A stretch of DNA of 63,932 nucleotides, the filler included, from Octopus bimaculoides (lineage: Eukaryota): NCBI RefSeq assembly GCF_001194135.2. It is 5 parts of 4 records of this genome, joined end to end, with 100 filler letters (N's around TTAATTAATTAA, not from the genome) between each part and the next. Parts side by side here need not be neighbours in the genome. Positions count along the whole stretch, not along the records: positions 1 to 14,391 come from NC_068982.1; positions 14,492 to 35,411 come from NC_068982.1; 3 more parts are not named here. One strand, 5' to 3'. Each line of letters begins with the position of its first letter. Positions within the stretch are counted from its first letter, which is position 1. Made by a program: the position numbers and the translations under genes. Under the pieces are notes generated by a model, which saw only the letters and a program-made list of their open reading frames with translations, was not told the origin of the DNA and made no database searches. Of the stretch, positions 1 through 14,511 are shown one piece after another.

Positions 1-668
1 GTATCTATCTATCTACATCTATATGCTATATATGTACGTATATATGTGTTTTATATATGTATATATATATATATATATATATACATGCAGATGAATATGT
101 ATATATGTATGTGTATACCTTAGTAATATGTATGCATGTACACAGGTATATGCATATATGAAAATCTATATCTATCTGTACATAATCACATACAAAAATA
201 CACAATTTCACTCAAACAAATACATGCACACGCACACAAGAACACACATATATATATGTGTGTCTACTTCTGTATGTTTACGTATTCATACACACTCACA
301 CGTGCTTACACACACATATACAGGGAAGCGTATTTGTTTATAATGAATATGCATGCATATGACAAAAGAATGATTGATTGAAAAATGAATATATATATAA
401 ATATCTATAGGGATATTTATATATATGTATATGCGCATGCGTGTGTGAGTGTATGCATATGGATGTGCATATGTGCATGTGTCAGGGGAGTATGTGTGCG
501 TTTGTGTAAAACGTTGAAGCAGAATTTATACACACAGACATAAATATATACTCATACCTGAGTACGCATACACATACACAAATATGGAGGGAATTTTTAT
601 AAAAGAGATATTTGCATTATATGACGCAGCTTTCCCCCTACTCTTTCTCTCTCACTCTCCATCTCTTT

Positions 669-709
<41 letters not shown>

Positions 710-3700
710 TCATATATATATATGTATGCACACACGCGCACACACAGACACACACACACATATATATACACATATATGTATATATACGCATTTGTACTTA
801 GATACATAGAGAGATAGAATGGATAGATACATATATGGTGCGTATCTAAGAGTGGTCTATTCTTTCATTCTCCGTCTAACTTTTTGTTTCTTTCCTTCAC
901 TAGTTATCTATATAGTTCACTCCTCTCTTTTCTCTTAGTATATATGTGTATATATAACTACGTGTACAACGAATATATACACTGAATTCACCACACACAC
1001 ACAAGTACACACACATGTGTATAAACGTTCGTGTACCTCTGTTTCAACGTGTTGAATTATTCATCAAGTTTTGCTTACATAGAAATTGACCCTAAATTAT
1101 ATATCACGTTGGTTTCATTTACATCTTCCTGGTGTACACAACTGATTCAATAAATCGTGATATATCTTTAAGGCGCGCATCATTCCTACAAGCCATCTTA
1201 TTCCATGGTTCAACTCTATCATTTCAGGACTATGATTAGTACTAAACAAAATAAAAGCACAAATATTTCAGTATATATCCATATATATCTCTGTCGCTAT
1301 TTATGCATGCATGTATGCATGTATTTATATATGCATGTATGTATGTATATATATGCATCTACATATGCATGTACTTATACATGTATGCATATATATATAT
1401 GTTGTTTGTAATTAACAAACCAAAAAGTTCTCAATACGTTATATTAAGTATAACTGAATGTATTCGTTTGAGACCGTTGTTTAATTCTGTGTTTGCACGA
1501 TCAGTCAAACGTTAACATATTTTACCCTAATGATATATGTTGTATCCAAGATACTATCACAGTGTCTGTATTTCATAGAATAACATAGGTACTTTATGTG
1601 TGTAGAATATGTATGCGAAAAACGCAGTCTATAAAGAGTGATAGAGACTTACTTGGCAGACAGTACATTAATATATGTTTGACTGACTTAAATCTCGATT
1701 TAAGTATGGGATTCCTTAGCAGCAGATGTTCAGAGAGCTTACCATCTAAGTTAACATGCCTTCATTCCTTCATGGAAATTTTCATTGAATGTTTTGCCTT
1801 TATTGCCTACAGCCAGCCATAATATGCATTTCATAATAGAGATGTTAAAAATCAAGCGATTCTTGTGCTTGAAGCGAAGAAAGATTTGCATTGGGCCAAT
1901 TTCATATCTGGAAGACCGTTGACTACTGAATTAATCCTGCAGAATATTTTAACTAAAATCAACCTCTTTACCAATCGGGCTTGGTAGAGTTTCTGGTTTA
2001 GACAGACATTTCAACCATGTAACATTTTGCACAGGGTTACATGTTACCAGAAGCACCAGGGATGACATTCCACACACTCCCTCCCACTATCACGTACATA
2101 TGCAGATATATGTCTGGGTCGATGTTTAAAATTATACTTGATAATGGTTGCTTGTATATTATCATATATAATTTTTCATGCCTGCATTAAATAAATAAAA
2201 TTCTACCGAAACAACTGTCGCAGATTCTAAACGTCATTCGTGCTTACTTTATATATCTATATAAAATAAAAAGGTAAGTTGGAAAATTCGTTGGTATTAT
2301 TTATTCACCATTACACATGCTTCATTTGCTAATGGGAATTACCAAGATTTATATGTTAGATAGACGTATAAAGAATTCCCTATTAGAAATTCTTCAGACG
2401 GAGAAATTGAATAATATTATTTAATAGGAAATTCATTACTTGCTTATCTAACATGTAAATCTCTAAATAATATCAATAAATTTTCCAGCTTCCTATCATA
2501 TTATACAATAACTCTGCAAACAATGTTTCCAGACTTTTCAAATTTAATATCTACTGTGCATCTATATAACAACGACAGCAACAATATACTGAATACTAAT
2601 AATGGATTAAGTAAATCTGCTTCAAGCGGAAACAACGGAGTAGATAAAACTGGGGACAACTGATAAAGGGAATGTTCTTTATGTTGCATGTCTCGTTTCT
2701 ATGTTTGTTTGTTTTTTCGTTGTTCTAAAAAAAGTTCGTTTTCTAAGTTTTTGTTTTTATGTTTTCGCTTCTCATTTTGTCTACGCTTTTTTTGATATCC
2801 TGTACCCATATATGCATGTATATATACATATATATGTAGGTATGTACATATGTGTATGTATATATGCATATATTTATATATTATTTATATTATATATATA
2901 TGTATATATATGTATATATGTATATATATATGTATATATGCTTATATATATATTTATATATATGCTTATACATATGTGTATATGTAGGTATATGTATGCA
3001 AATGTATATATATTTATATATATATATATATATANNNNNNNNNNNNNNNNNNNNNNNNNNNNNNNNNNNNNNNNNNNNNNNNNNNNNNNNNNNNNNNNNN
3101 NNNNNNNNNNNNNNNNNNNNNNNNNNNNNNNNNNNNNNNNNNNNNNNNNNNNNNNNNNNNNNNNNNNNNNNNNNNNNNNNNNNNNNNNNNNNNNNNNNNN
3201 NNNNNNNNNNNNNNNNNNNNNNNNNNNNNNNNNNNNNNNNNNNNNNNNNNNNNNNNNNNNNNNNNNNNNNNNNNNNNNNNNNNNNNNNNNNNNNNNNNNN
3301 NNNNNNNNNNNNNNNNNNNNNNNNNNNNNNNNNNNNNNNNNNNNNNNNNNNNNNNNNNNNNNNNNNNNNNNNNNNNNNNNNNNNNNNNNNNNNNNNNNNN
3401 NNNNNNNNNNNNNNNNNNNNNNNNNNNNNNNNNNNNNNNNNNNNNNNNNNNNNNNNNNNNNNNNNNNNNNNNNNNNNNNNNNNNNNNNNNNNNNNNNNNN
3501 NNNNNNNNNNNNNNNNNNNNNNNNNNNNNNNNNNNNNNNNNNNNNNNNNNNNNNNNNNNNNNNNNNNNNNNNNNNNNNNNNNNNNNNNNNNNNNNNNNNN
3601 NNNNNNNNNNNNNNNNNNNNNNNNNNNNNNNNNNNNNNNNNNNNNNNNNNNNNNNNNNNNNNNNNNNNNNNNNNNNNNNNNNNNNNNNNNNNNNNNNNNN

Positions 3701-4094
3701 NNNNNNNNNNNNNNNNNNNNNNNNNNNNNNNNNNNNNNNNNNNNNNNNNNNNNNNNNNNNNNNNNNNNNNNNNNNNNNNNNNNNNNNNNNNNNNNNNNNN
3801 NNNNNNNNNNNNNNNNNNNNNNNNNNNNNNATATATATATATATATATATATATATACTTACATATGGAACGTGGAAATGATTGCTCAACATCGCATTGA
3901 TGGATAAATAATTTCTTTATTTGTGAATTAAGGCTACCATTGCTTTTGTGTGAAGAAGAGTATGAGAAATCCGAGTAGCTTAACAACATTTCAATCCGAT
4001 CAATGGAGGTCAATACAATTTCTCCATGTGATCCGCTTGAGAATTAAGGAGAATATCCTACTCTTCTTAACGTCAAACCAATGGTAGCTTTAAT

Positions 4095-4285
4095 TGGGCC
4101 TGCCACAATTGGTCTCTGTTTGAGATCAGTGGGATGTGGTACAGTGATGCAGGGTGAAGTGGACTTTTTGCAAGCTTCGTTATTATTTTACTCTTGTGGA
4201 TTTTTGGAAGCCCGTAGACGATGCTGGTTTTGCAATTAAAATTTGTTAAGTAGTCGCATTCCTTTGCCGTCAAGTTATTTCAATG
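4095..4285 (-). mobile_element. Penelope-like element (PLE) RT N-terminal fragment, inverted relative to the rest of the element
   Basis: Minus strand reads LTAKECDYLTNFNCKTSIVYGLPKIHKSK and, after a frameshift, PTDLKQRPIVAGP. These match the YGLPKIHK and RPIV motifs that precede the PLE RT core. Confidence 0.85.
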
Positions 4286-4289
4286 TTGG

Positions 4290-5196
4290 CAGGCACCAAC
4301 TTTGAAACTGATATCCACTACAAACCGATTCCAAAGAATACCTTCTGTTCACCTCAATCACCCAAAGCACACGAAGACAAACATCCCCTTCAACCTAGCG
4401 AGAAGAATCTGTACAATTGTCTCAAATTATAAAACACGAAATAAAAGACTCCATGAACTAAGGGCAATTCTTCTTGAAAGACATTACCCAGCATCATTAG
4501 TTGACAATGGAATAGAACGAGCCAAGACAATCGATACCCAAGACTTCCGAAAACCGAAACACACTCACGCTACATTAGATAGTCTACCATATCTCTCAAC
4601 ACACAATCCAAGAAATGCAGAAGCTTACACAATTATATACAAGAACATCCCACTACTGAGTCAAGACCCACGTCTAAACAAAGCACTTGAAGACCCATAA
4701 AATATTAAAAAGCAAAAGACGACCCAAATCCCTAAAAAATCTACTCACCAATGCAAAATTACCCAACACCAGCCCACCACCCACCGTCAAAAGATGTGGT
4801 CGTTCCAACTGCAGGACTTGCATCCACCTCATTGAAGGAACAATATACATATTCCAGTCGGGACACACTTTTGTCGTAAAAAATAACTTTACCTGCGCAT
4901 CAAAGAATTTACTTTATGCCATAAGGTGTGAAGGGTGCCACAAAGATTACATTGGGCAAACGAACCTTGCCCTCAGAGAAAGGATGACAGTCCACCGCTA
5001 ACAATTGAGGGATCTCACCACAAGGCAGATATCACTTAGTGGTCACTTAGATCTCTGTGCACAAAACAAGTCCCCCAAATTCCTAATTTTCCCACTATAC
5101 CAATGCCCAGACCACACCACTGACCAAACATGCATGCATAGGGAAAATAAATAATCTTGTTCAAAAATACAGACCACAACTCAACATACTCTAACA
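4290..5196 (+). pseudogene. Penelope-like element RT C-terminus, linker and GIY-YIG endonuclease (frameshifted, with stops)
   Basis: ETDIHYKP..DSKEYLLFTS.HPKHTKTNIPFNLARRIC (RT thumb), then CGRSNCRTC and FTCASKNLLYAIRCEGCHKDYIGQTNLALRERMTVHR (GIY-YIG), ending near QKYRPQLNIL* at about 5196. Confidence 0.92.
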
Positions 5197-5939
5197 TACT
5201 CCCCCCAGGCACACACCTACACACAACAAACACGCAAAGAAACACATACAAATGTACAAAATCACACACACACACACAAATACAATGCAAACCTCCCACG
5301 CAAACACACACGCATACATATACACACACGCATACAAATACACACACGCACAAACACACCAACACATACACAGATACACACACAAACACGCAAATACAAC
5401 ACCCCCACACGCATATGTACACACATATATATATACATACACACACACAAACACAATACACCTGTTCCCCAGTAAAAAAAATCACACACACATATACACA
5501 CAATACGATCCCAATAATCACAAGAAACACTCACAAACACACAGGCATACACGCATACACAGAAGCATGCACACACAATAACACACACCACCCCGACAAA
5601 TACAAGACACATAGACACACTCACACAAACACACCCACACGTATACACACACACTGCACTAACAATACAAACAAAACAAATCACTCACAAATACAGCACA
5701 CACACATTTGCACCCCCCCGAAACTACATAAGCCATACCCACATATATACACACACAAACGTATACTCAGTACCAACATGCACAGAACGTACACGCACAC
5801 ACATACACACCACCCGGATAAACCCAACACACACGGACACACACAGAATCCCTGATAAATACAACACACTCACACACACATAGACATCCACACATACCCC
5901 ACATACGCATAGATATGCACCCTCACACATATACGGTTG

Positions 5940-5979
<40 letters not shown>

Positions 5980-6008
5980 AGAAGGACAATTATAACAAAA
6001 CAAGCATA

Positions 6009-6053
<45 letters not shown>

Positions 6054-7110
6054 GTACACACACATCCCCACCAACACAAAACACACAAACATACACACGT
6101 ACACACATAGACGCACACATACACACACAAGAACAAACACATACACACATGCACACACACAACACTCTGACAAACACACACNNNNNNNNNNGAACAAACA
6201 CATACACACATGCACACACACAACACTCTGACAAACACACACACAAACCACCAGGACAATTATAACAACACAAACATACTCAGATAGACACACATACACA
6301 CTCACGTACACACACATAACACCCTCACCAACACAAAACACACAAACATACACACGTACACACAGACACACACATACACACACGCGAACAAACAGATACA
6401 CACATATGCGCACACGCAAAACCCTGACAAATACTAATCACACATGCACACACACAAACGTGCACACATATGCGCACACCATCCTACCAAGTATAAAATA
6501 CTCACAGACCCATATACACACGCCACAATAAACTCTGGGACCCATCAAAAACGGTCCACATACACAAACACAAGCACATGTATGTACACACACACACACA
6601 CAGACACACACACTCATATCATTCTGACCTCTAAGACCAGTCCCCAAAACCACTGAACCATCCATGACAGACTAGCCCAGAAATAAAAAAAATCCTTTTG
6701 ATTTCACATTGCTCTTCGTTCCCCGCACCCCAACCAGCCTCCCACACTGTCCCTTAAAATAGCAAACATCCCTTAGCTACGCACAAGACAGAAAATGTCA
6801 GAAAGGCAGGTCAGTTCCTGTAACAATTTTTTGTAAATTCTTAAATATGTCTCCTTCTGTGTATATATATACTACTAAACAAACATGATTTTTATTGAAC
6901 TCATAATATTTCTTGTAGTCCCGTTCTGAATACTTTCTTAAATACTTTCTTGTAAACTGTTTTTAACATTTTCTTCTTATTATCAAAGAATGTATAACTG
7001 TATTTTAATATTTTTATGATAACCAGTACTTAACACAACAAAGCTTTACATTTTACTTTTGACAATATTTTTCTAAACAAGTGAAACCGGTCAAGTCAAT
7101 AAACACCTAT
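5197..7110 (+). repeat. CA-rich degenerate tract and AT-rich tail, probably the 3' UTR of the PLE
   Basis: Directly follows the endonuclease stop. About 1.4 kb of imperfect CA repeats, then GAAACCGGTC (7083-7092, right half of a minimal hammerhead) and AATAAA. Confidence 0.55.
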
Positions 7111-7548
7111 AAAATTGTATTTTCAAACCTTCTTTCATATATATTTCCTCTCGCGTGCTACCTTACAACTTTACCTTGCATTATATATATATATATATNN
7201 NNNNNNNNNNNNNNNNNNNNNNNNNNNNNNNNNNNNNNNNNNNNNNNNNNNNNNNNNNNNNNNNNNNNNNNNNNNNNNNNNNNNNNNNNNNNNNNNNNNN
7301 NNNNNNNNNNNNNNNNNNNNNNNNNNNNNNNNNNNNNNNNNNNNNNNNNNNNNNNNNNNNNNNNNNNNNNNNNNATATGTATGTATGTATATATATATAC
7401 ACATATTTATATATATGTATATATATTCATATACTCATATACATACACACTGTATGTATATAAGTATATGTATATTGATACACATGCACACATACAGACA
7501 AATACATTGATTCACAGATGCATATCTATTTGTCTGTCTGTCTCTCTG

Positions 7549-7614
<66 letters not shown>

Positions 7615-9599
7615 CATCCTACCACTGCGACATGTTTTTCGAAATGGAATATCTATTAATGAATTGTACACAGAGTATTTGAACTGTGAGTCGCTTGCAA
7701 AAGTGAAACTCGAGGAAGAGAATAAAAATATTAAAGAAGAACAAAAAATAAATGAATAATACAAAGGACAAACTTCAACGCAAACAAAAACAATTGTTGT
7801 CCTCAAAGAAATCTGACTACATAAAGCCTGAATATGAGAAATACATTAAAAACGGTTATATGAAATATGGTTGGTGTACGAGAAGCACAGAAATGCATCT
7901 TTAGACGGATTTGTTTGATAGTAACGCAATGGATATATTGTGAAACAGATACATACATCAGACGAAATCTATTTTCGGATAGATTATTTGACGGCATACT
8001 TCCGTTTCCGGAAATATATTAGAGAAAACCTTTATTCGGTATGTATCTCATATATCACACTTGGTTCATTAATATCTTTCTCTCTCTCTATTTTTCTCAC
8101 TCTGTAGCCCAATCACGATCGTTTCCTCTGTATATATATATATATATATATNNNNNNNNNNNNNNNNNNNNNNNNNNNNNNNNNNNNNNNNNNNNNNNNN
8201 NNNNNNNNNNNNNNNNNNNNNNNNNNNNNNNNNNNNNNNNNNNNNNNNNNNNNNNNNNNNNNNNNNNNNNNNNNNNNNNNNNNNNNNNNNNNNNNNNNNN
8301 NNNNNNNNNNNNNNNNNNNNNNNNNNNNNNNNNNNNNNNNNNNNNNNNNNNNNNNNNNNNNNNNNNNNNNNNNNNNNNNNNNNNNNNNNNNNNNNNNNNN
8401 NNNNNNNNNNNNNNNNNNNNNNNNNNNNNNNNNNNNNNNNNNNNNNNNNNNNNNNNNNNNNNNNNNNNNNNNNNNNNNNNNNNNNNNNNNNNNNNNNNNN
8501 NNNNNNNNNNNNNNNNNNNNNNNNNNNNNNNNNNNNNNNNNNNNNNNNNNNNNNNNNNNNNNNNNNNNNNNNNNNNNNNNNNNNNNNNNNNNNNNNNNNN
8601 NNNNNNNNNNNNNNNNNNNNNNNNNNNNNNNNNNNNNNNNNNNNNNNNNNNNNNNNNNNNNNNNNNNNNNNNNNNNNNNNNNNNNNNNNNNNNNNNNNNN
8701 NNNNNNNNNNNNNNNNNNNNNNNNNNNNNNNNNNNNNNNNNNNNNNNNNNNNNNNNNNNNNNNNNNNNNNNNNNNNNNNNNNNNNNNNNNNNNNNNNNNN
8801 NNNNNNNNNNNNNNNNNNNNNNNNNNNNNNNNNNNNNNNNNNNNNNNNNNNNNNNNNNNTATATATATAAACACACACACACACATAAATGCAGATGAAT
8901 GTGTATATATGTATGTGCATACGTTAGTAATATGGATGCATATACACAGATATATACATATATGAAAATCGATATCTTTTTATACATACACAAGCACAAA
9001 CACACAATCACACACACACTCTCTCTCTCTCACACAAACACGAATGTACATCTGTATGTGAGGAGTTTTCGTGTTATTTTTTTTCCTTAACTTCCACTTT
9101 CATGTGTATCATATATTTGTTCAAATATACTCCGGTACCGGATATATTCATATAGCTTCTGTACTCCACAGCCCCTCCCTACTATTTTGTCTCCGTCTCC
9201 TATGACATTGCTAGTTTTGTTTCCATTACACCGTATATCTCTATCTCTGTATACACATCCAGCTGTCTCTCATCGGAAACAAACAACCAAGCAATAATAC
9301 CATCATATCCTCCATTTGAAGAAATACAAGAATGCATTGANNNNNNNNNNTACACATATATGTATACATACATATATCTACACACACACACATACATATA
9401 TATGCATATATATATCCATATATATACATAAACATATATAAATAGATAGATAAATAGATAGGTATATAGATAGATAGATAGATATGCACACACATAATTG
9501 TAAACTTCCAATATAACGAATATGTTCCTGACAAAGTTTTCAATTCCCTGTCACCCTTTAAAACACATTAAATACTTTTGTTATAAAGAAATTCATTAT

Positions 9600-10320
9600 A
9601 ACGAATTAGAATTTAGCTCTTAGTACCCCAAACTTTCGATCCAACGAACAAGGTAAATATTTCTACCTAATTCTACCTCATACCTGAGCTATCGCGCCAA
9701 AATACCGGTAGTTTATCAAACACAAAAATGCAGTCCAAAATTACCCACATTTTACTCGTAATAATTCACATAAATTTCTTGCCTTATTCAGATAATGTTT
9801 TGGTCGAAAATCTCGTGCCGAATTGCACAGCCATTTTACATCCGTTGGTAAGTAGAAAAAAACTGGCTCTTTGAATACCTATTACAGAAAAAAATGTTAA
9901 AAATATAATTTAGTATGAACAGTGATGAAGAAATTCTAAAAGTTGAAGTGAAGCAAGTGATTGTCATGATAATAACAGCGTAGTGAGAACCCAAATATAA
10001 AACAATCCTAAAATTTTGGACCGCATCCAACTCTTTTGCACTTTCAGAAAAAATACTAAGTGATGAAAATGATGAAGAAATATTCAACAGTTATGGAGGT
10101 AATTTTCAGCCTTAAAAGACTCTCCACAAAATCTAAGCTCAGCGACATTATAATTAGGGGTGATTAGCTGTTAATATAAAATTGGCTAAATGACAGGGAG
10201 AAAGCAGCCGAAAGTGTTAACGAAACAGAAGAGAACGAGGAAAAAAACTAAAACATGCTGTTTAACTCAGAAAAAAGATACTGTGTAAGAAACATATTCT
10301 AGTACTGAACGAATGTAGTT
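9600..10320 (+). mobile_element. Possible internally deleted piggyBac-like remnant
   Basis: Acidic N-terminal-like text (SDEEIL, SDENDEEIFNS) and a RKKTKTCC..KKILCKKH Cys/His C-terminal-like motif near 10240-10295. No TTAA-CCC termini were found. Confidence 0.3.
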
Positions 10321-11225
10321 AATTCTTGATATGAGGTAGCAGATACCGTGTTACAATACATGACTGGAACTAAAAACAAAATGTTCTAAAAGAGATGCCT
10401 ATTCCGTTCATTCGAAAAGTACTGATTTATTCGATCCATTGATTGATTATTCCTATGAATCACTGTATGAATAAATGTATTGCTATGGTCTTTATGATTT
10501 GTAGCTTTTTTTTAAATTTGAAATCTTAACAGGACACATAAATTGACTCTTCATTCTAAAGCCTGCTTTCTTGTACAATAGATATGTGTCAAAGATGGAA
10601 CAAAGTGATAAAATGTGAAAATTCGGCTTCTTTTTTTCACTTTTTGAACCAGAATAACTTCTTATAGCTAAGTTAAAACTATGTAAAGCTATTCATACAC
10701 TNNNNNNNNNNNNNNNNNNNNNNNNNNNNNNNNNNNNNNNNNNNNNNNNNNNNNNNNNNNNNNNNNNNNNNNNNNNNNNNNNNNNNNNNNNNNNNNNNNN
10801 NNNNNNNNNNNNNNNNNNNNNNNNNNNNNNNNNNNNNNNNNNNNNNNNNNNNNNNNNNNNNNNNNNNNNNNNNNNNNNNNNNNNNNNNNNNNNNNNNNNN
10901 NNNNNNNNNNNNNNNNNNNNNNNNNNNNNNNNNNNNNNNNNNNNNNNNNNNNNNNNNNNNNNNNNNNNNNNNNNNNNNNNNNNNNNNNNNNNNNNNNNNN
11001 NNNNNNNNNNNNNNNNNNNNNNNNNNNNNNNNNNNNNNNNNNNNNNNNNNNNNNNNNNNNNNNNNNNNNNNNNNNNNNNNNNNNNNNNNNNNNNNNNNNN
11101 NNNNNCCAAAAAACACATCGAATGGTAAATAATTAAATAAATGGAATAAAAATCGATCGTGTTGAAAGTCTCTATCCTTTTTAAATATACAAATTTGAAA
11201 CCTTGTATATATATATATGGAAGAG

Positions 11226-11482
11226 AATATGACCATCCCCTGGAGCTGTGGTAGGTTATACAAAGGCGAGACATGTCGCTCCCTCAAAATAATGATAGAG
11301 GAACATCGCAAAGCTGTTACACGATGAGATACTGATAAATCGAGTATAGCTGATCATGTATGGAAAAATGGAGACCACCTCCCCCTGTGGGTTGAAGTTA
11401 AAATAATAGATAGAGAACACCACTGGAAAATACGAAAACTAAAAGAAGCAGCATATAGGCTAGGACACAACAACCCCCTAAT
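11226..11482 (+). mobile_element. Second PLE GIY-YIG endonuclease fragment
   Basis: Reads ..SCGRLYKGETCRSLKIMIEEHRKAV..SSIADHVWKNGDHLPLWVEVKIIDREHHWKIRKLKEA, followed by a CA/TA tract. Confidence 0.85.
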
Positions 11483-13078
11483 CACATACACACACACATA
11501 CACATATACATCCACACATACATTCATGCATATACATCCACACATCCACACACACATATACACACACACCTGCATACTTACATACATTCACACATACACC
11601 AACACACACATTGACATGCGTACATACAGACATATATACGCACATACATACACATACACACATATACATATATGTACATACATACACATACGCATATGCA
11701 CATATGTCTACAGACAAATATCCTCACACATACACACACATATACACATACATACACACGCATATATATATATATACATACACGTGTGAAAAGTAAAAAG
11801 TGTATTTTTTAAAATTGAACTAAGTTTTTTTTCTACATCAGCTATCACTTAACACACGCGAATAAGTACAATTCCGTGAAATATTCACGCTTATTTACGT
11901 GGCATATATATGCTATTTAATTAAAGGTTGTATCATATGTACTGGATATTTTTTCCTTTATAGGAAAAATGGAAAAATAAGAGTGAATATTTATTTCATG
12001 AGTGCTGTATATTAATTCTATAAAATTGTGAATAAATTATATAAAATGCATATATAAAATGCATTAAGTAATCATCGGATTCCAATTTCTTTCACTTTTC
12101 AATGAGTAGCGGATGAGCGAGTATATTTCCTTACAGACACAACACAGGCTACACTTTCAGGTCTTTTGGATAAAGTTTTTAGAAATACCTAATATGTTTA
12201 CCTCTAATTCCGTTAAATACTCACGGGTCCCGCTAGTATATATTAAAAGAATTAAAGGTAATGCTATGCCTCTTCTTTCGAAGATATATATATATATATA
12301 TACGTAAAAATATAAATAGGGTAGTGAGTGTTTTTGAAATTTCACTACCAGTGGCCTATCATGTATAAAAAGTCAATAGACAACATATTATCAATATAAA
12401 ATAGTGTACATTTAAACACAAGAGAAAACTGCCTTCAATAGGCAGTTTTTACACGCTAGAAGGAGTAGTCAAAACGACCAAAATCACATTTTAAGAGCAA
12501 TCTTCAAAAGGAATGACAAATAAAAACTTTTACCTTGTTATCATATTCCGGTCAGACCCGATGAAAAATTTCACCTGGGTCTTACGGGGCCAACTCGATT
12601 TAGAATCCACAGTCAGTCGGAACCAACTGTTGTTGTAAGTGGACGACGACCTGTATATATATATATANNNNNNNNNNNNNNNNNNNNNNNNNNNNNNNNN
12701 NNNNNNNNNNNNNNNNNNNNNNNNNNNNNNNNNNNNNNNNNNNNNNNNNNNNNNNNNNNNNNNNNNNNNNNNNNNNNNNNNNNNNNNNNNNNNNNNNNNN
12801 NNNNNNNNNNNNNNNNNNNNNNNNNNNNNNNNNNNNNNNNNNNNNNNNNNNNNNNNNNNNNNNNNNNNNNNNNNNNNNNNNNNNNNNNNNNNNNNNNNNN
12901 NNNNNNNNNNNNNNNNNNNNNNNNNNNNNNNNNNNNNNNNNNNNNNNNNNNNNNNNNNNNNNNNNNNNNNNNNNNNNNNNNNNNNNNNNNNNNNNNNNNN
13001 NNNNNNNNNNNNNNNNNNNNNNNNNNNNNNNNNNNNNNNNNNNNNNNNNNNNNNNNNNNNNNNNNNNNNNNNNNNNNN

Positions 13079-13122
<44 letters not shown>

Positions 13123-13163
13123 TTGCGTGTGTGTGTGTATGTATATTTATGTATGTGTGTGTG

Positions 13164-13196
<33 letters not shown>

Positions 13197-14511
13197 GCGT
13201 GTGTGTATGTATAAACTTACAAACAGATAAGTGTATATATTCATACATAGACCTACACACGTTCATGCATACTCGCACTCGTATACGCACACATGCACAT
13301 ATACATACATAGATACACACATATATACATACACACATACATATATACATACATACATACATACATACAGTATATACACAATACGTGCACATACGCACTC
13401 ATATAAAGATGTTTGAAAATAATTTTATGTTCGCCATTTTTGTTCTTTGTTGTTATTTCTGAATACTTTCATTCCGTTTGATATCTACTTACTTTCATCT
13501 ATTTTTAGGCTATAATACACAAATTACGTCCATGAATATTTCAAATAAGTCACCTAAATGTTTCTTTTACTCGTATACCACAACTGTCAGACAGGCTATT
13601 TAGATCATATTATGTTGATCAATTTTCTTTAAAGTAAAAGAAGCGAAATAAGAAAAGAAAAACAACAACAAACAATAAAAACAAATCAACCTATAGTAAA
13701 CAAAGGCAAAAATATAACGGTAACAAAAATGGCAGCAAAAAAATAACTTTTCGTACTTTTTGTTCTGTGTTTTCTATTACTTTTGTGAAAATGTTGAAAT
13801 TATAAACGTAAGATGGAATGAAATAATGTTTATTTCTATATTTATTAATTTGTAAAAAATGTGTACCTCATTCATATATTTCTTCATTTATTACTGTTAT
13901 TATCTTAAAGTAGAATATTATTGAGTTTCAATTCATGGAAAAAATAAATAAATAATAAAGCTAAAACATACCCTGCCATTTAGTTAAATATTGATGAAAT
14001 ATCTCATCTAAACATCACCAATGACGTAATTCTCAACTCGGTATATAATTATATGAATATGATTAAGAGGAACTTCATTCGGAAGCGTTCACACATTACG
14101 TCTCGGGAATTGTAGCGCAGTTAATGTGTTTCCCAATGGTCACGAGTGATGTAAATAAACACAAATTGACATTAAAGAAACGAAATCGTAGAAAACATAC
14201 ACAACATATGAATAAAAAAATATAATGAACGAAAGGTATTTAACCGTACAAAAGCACTTTAGAATAAAATCCAGCAAAATATAGTACAATAATTTACTTA
14301 GTACACATACACACACGCATTCACAAACATACACATAAATACACCACACATAAACATATGTACACATACATATAAACCTATATGTGTATATNNNNNNNNN
14401 NNNNNNNNNNNNNNNNNNNNNNNNNNNNNNNNNNNTTAATTAATTAANNNNNNNNNNNNNNNNNNNNNNNNNNNNNNNNNNNNNNNNNNNNTTCATCTAC
14501 CTGCAACACCT

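Noticed and set aside
26-3907. ORFs rich in YI/CV/HT dipeptides or X runs here and throughout the ORF track
   Set aside because: They are translations of TA/CA microsatellites and N gaps, not proteins.
6131-6242. Exact ~50-bp direct repeat on both sides of a 10-N gap (similar case at 31250-31350)
   Set aside because: Most likely unmerged contig overlap.
7996-8012. Paired CTTCCG/CCGGAA ETS-like motifs as a DDOST promoter
   Set aside because: No first exon is nearby and it is separated from the exon by two scaffold linkers.
12217-12260. Apparent 8-nt minus-strand microexon (TAG|CGGGACCC|GTGAGTA)
   Set aside because: A similar ACTAGC.GGACCCGTG string occurs at 48238, suggesting a repeat terminus.
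14436-14447. TTAATTAATTAA motif between N blocks (also 35456, 44234, 62806)
   Set aside because: An identical string centred in fixed-length N runs is a scaffolding linker, not a biological element.
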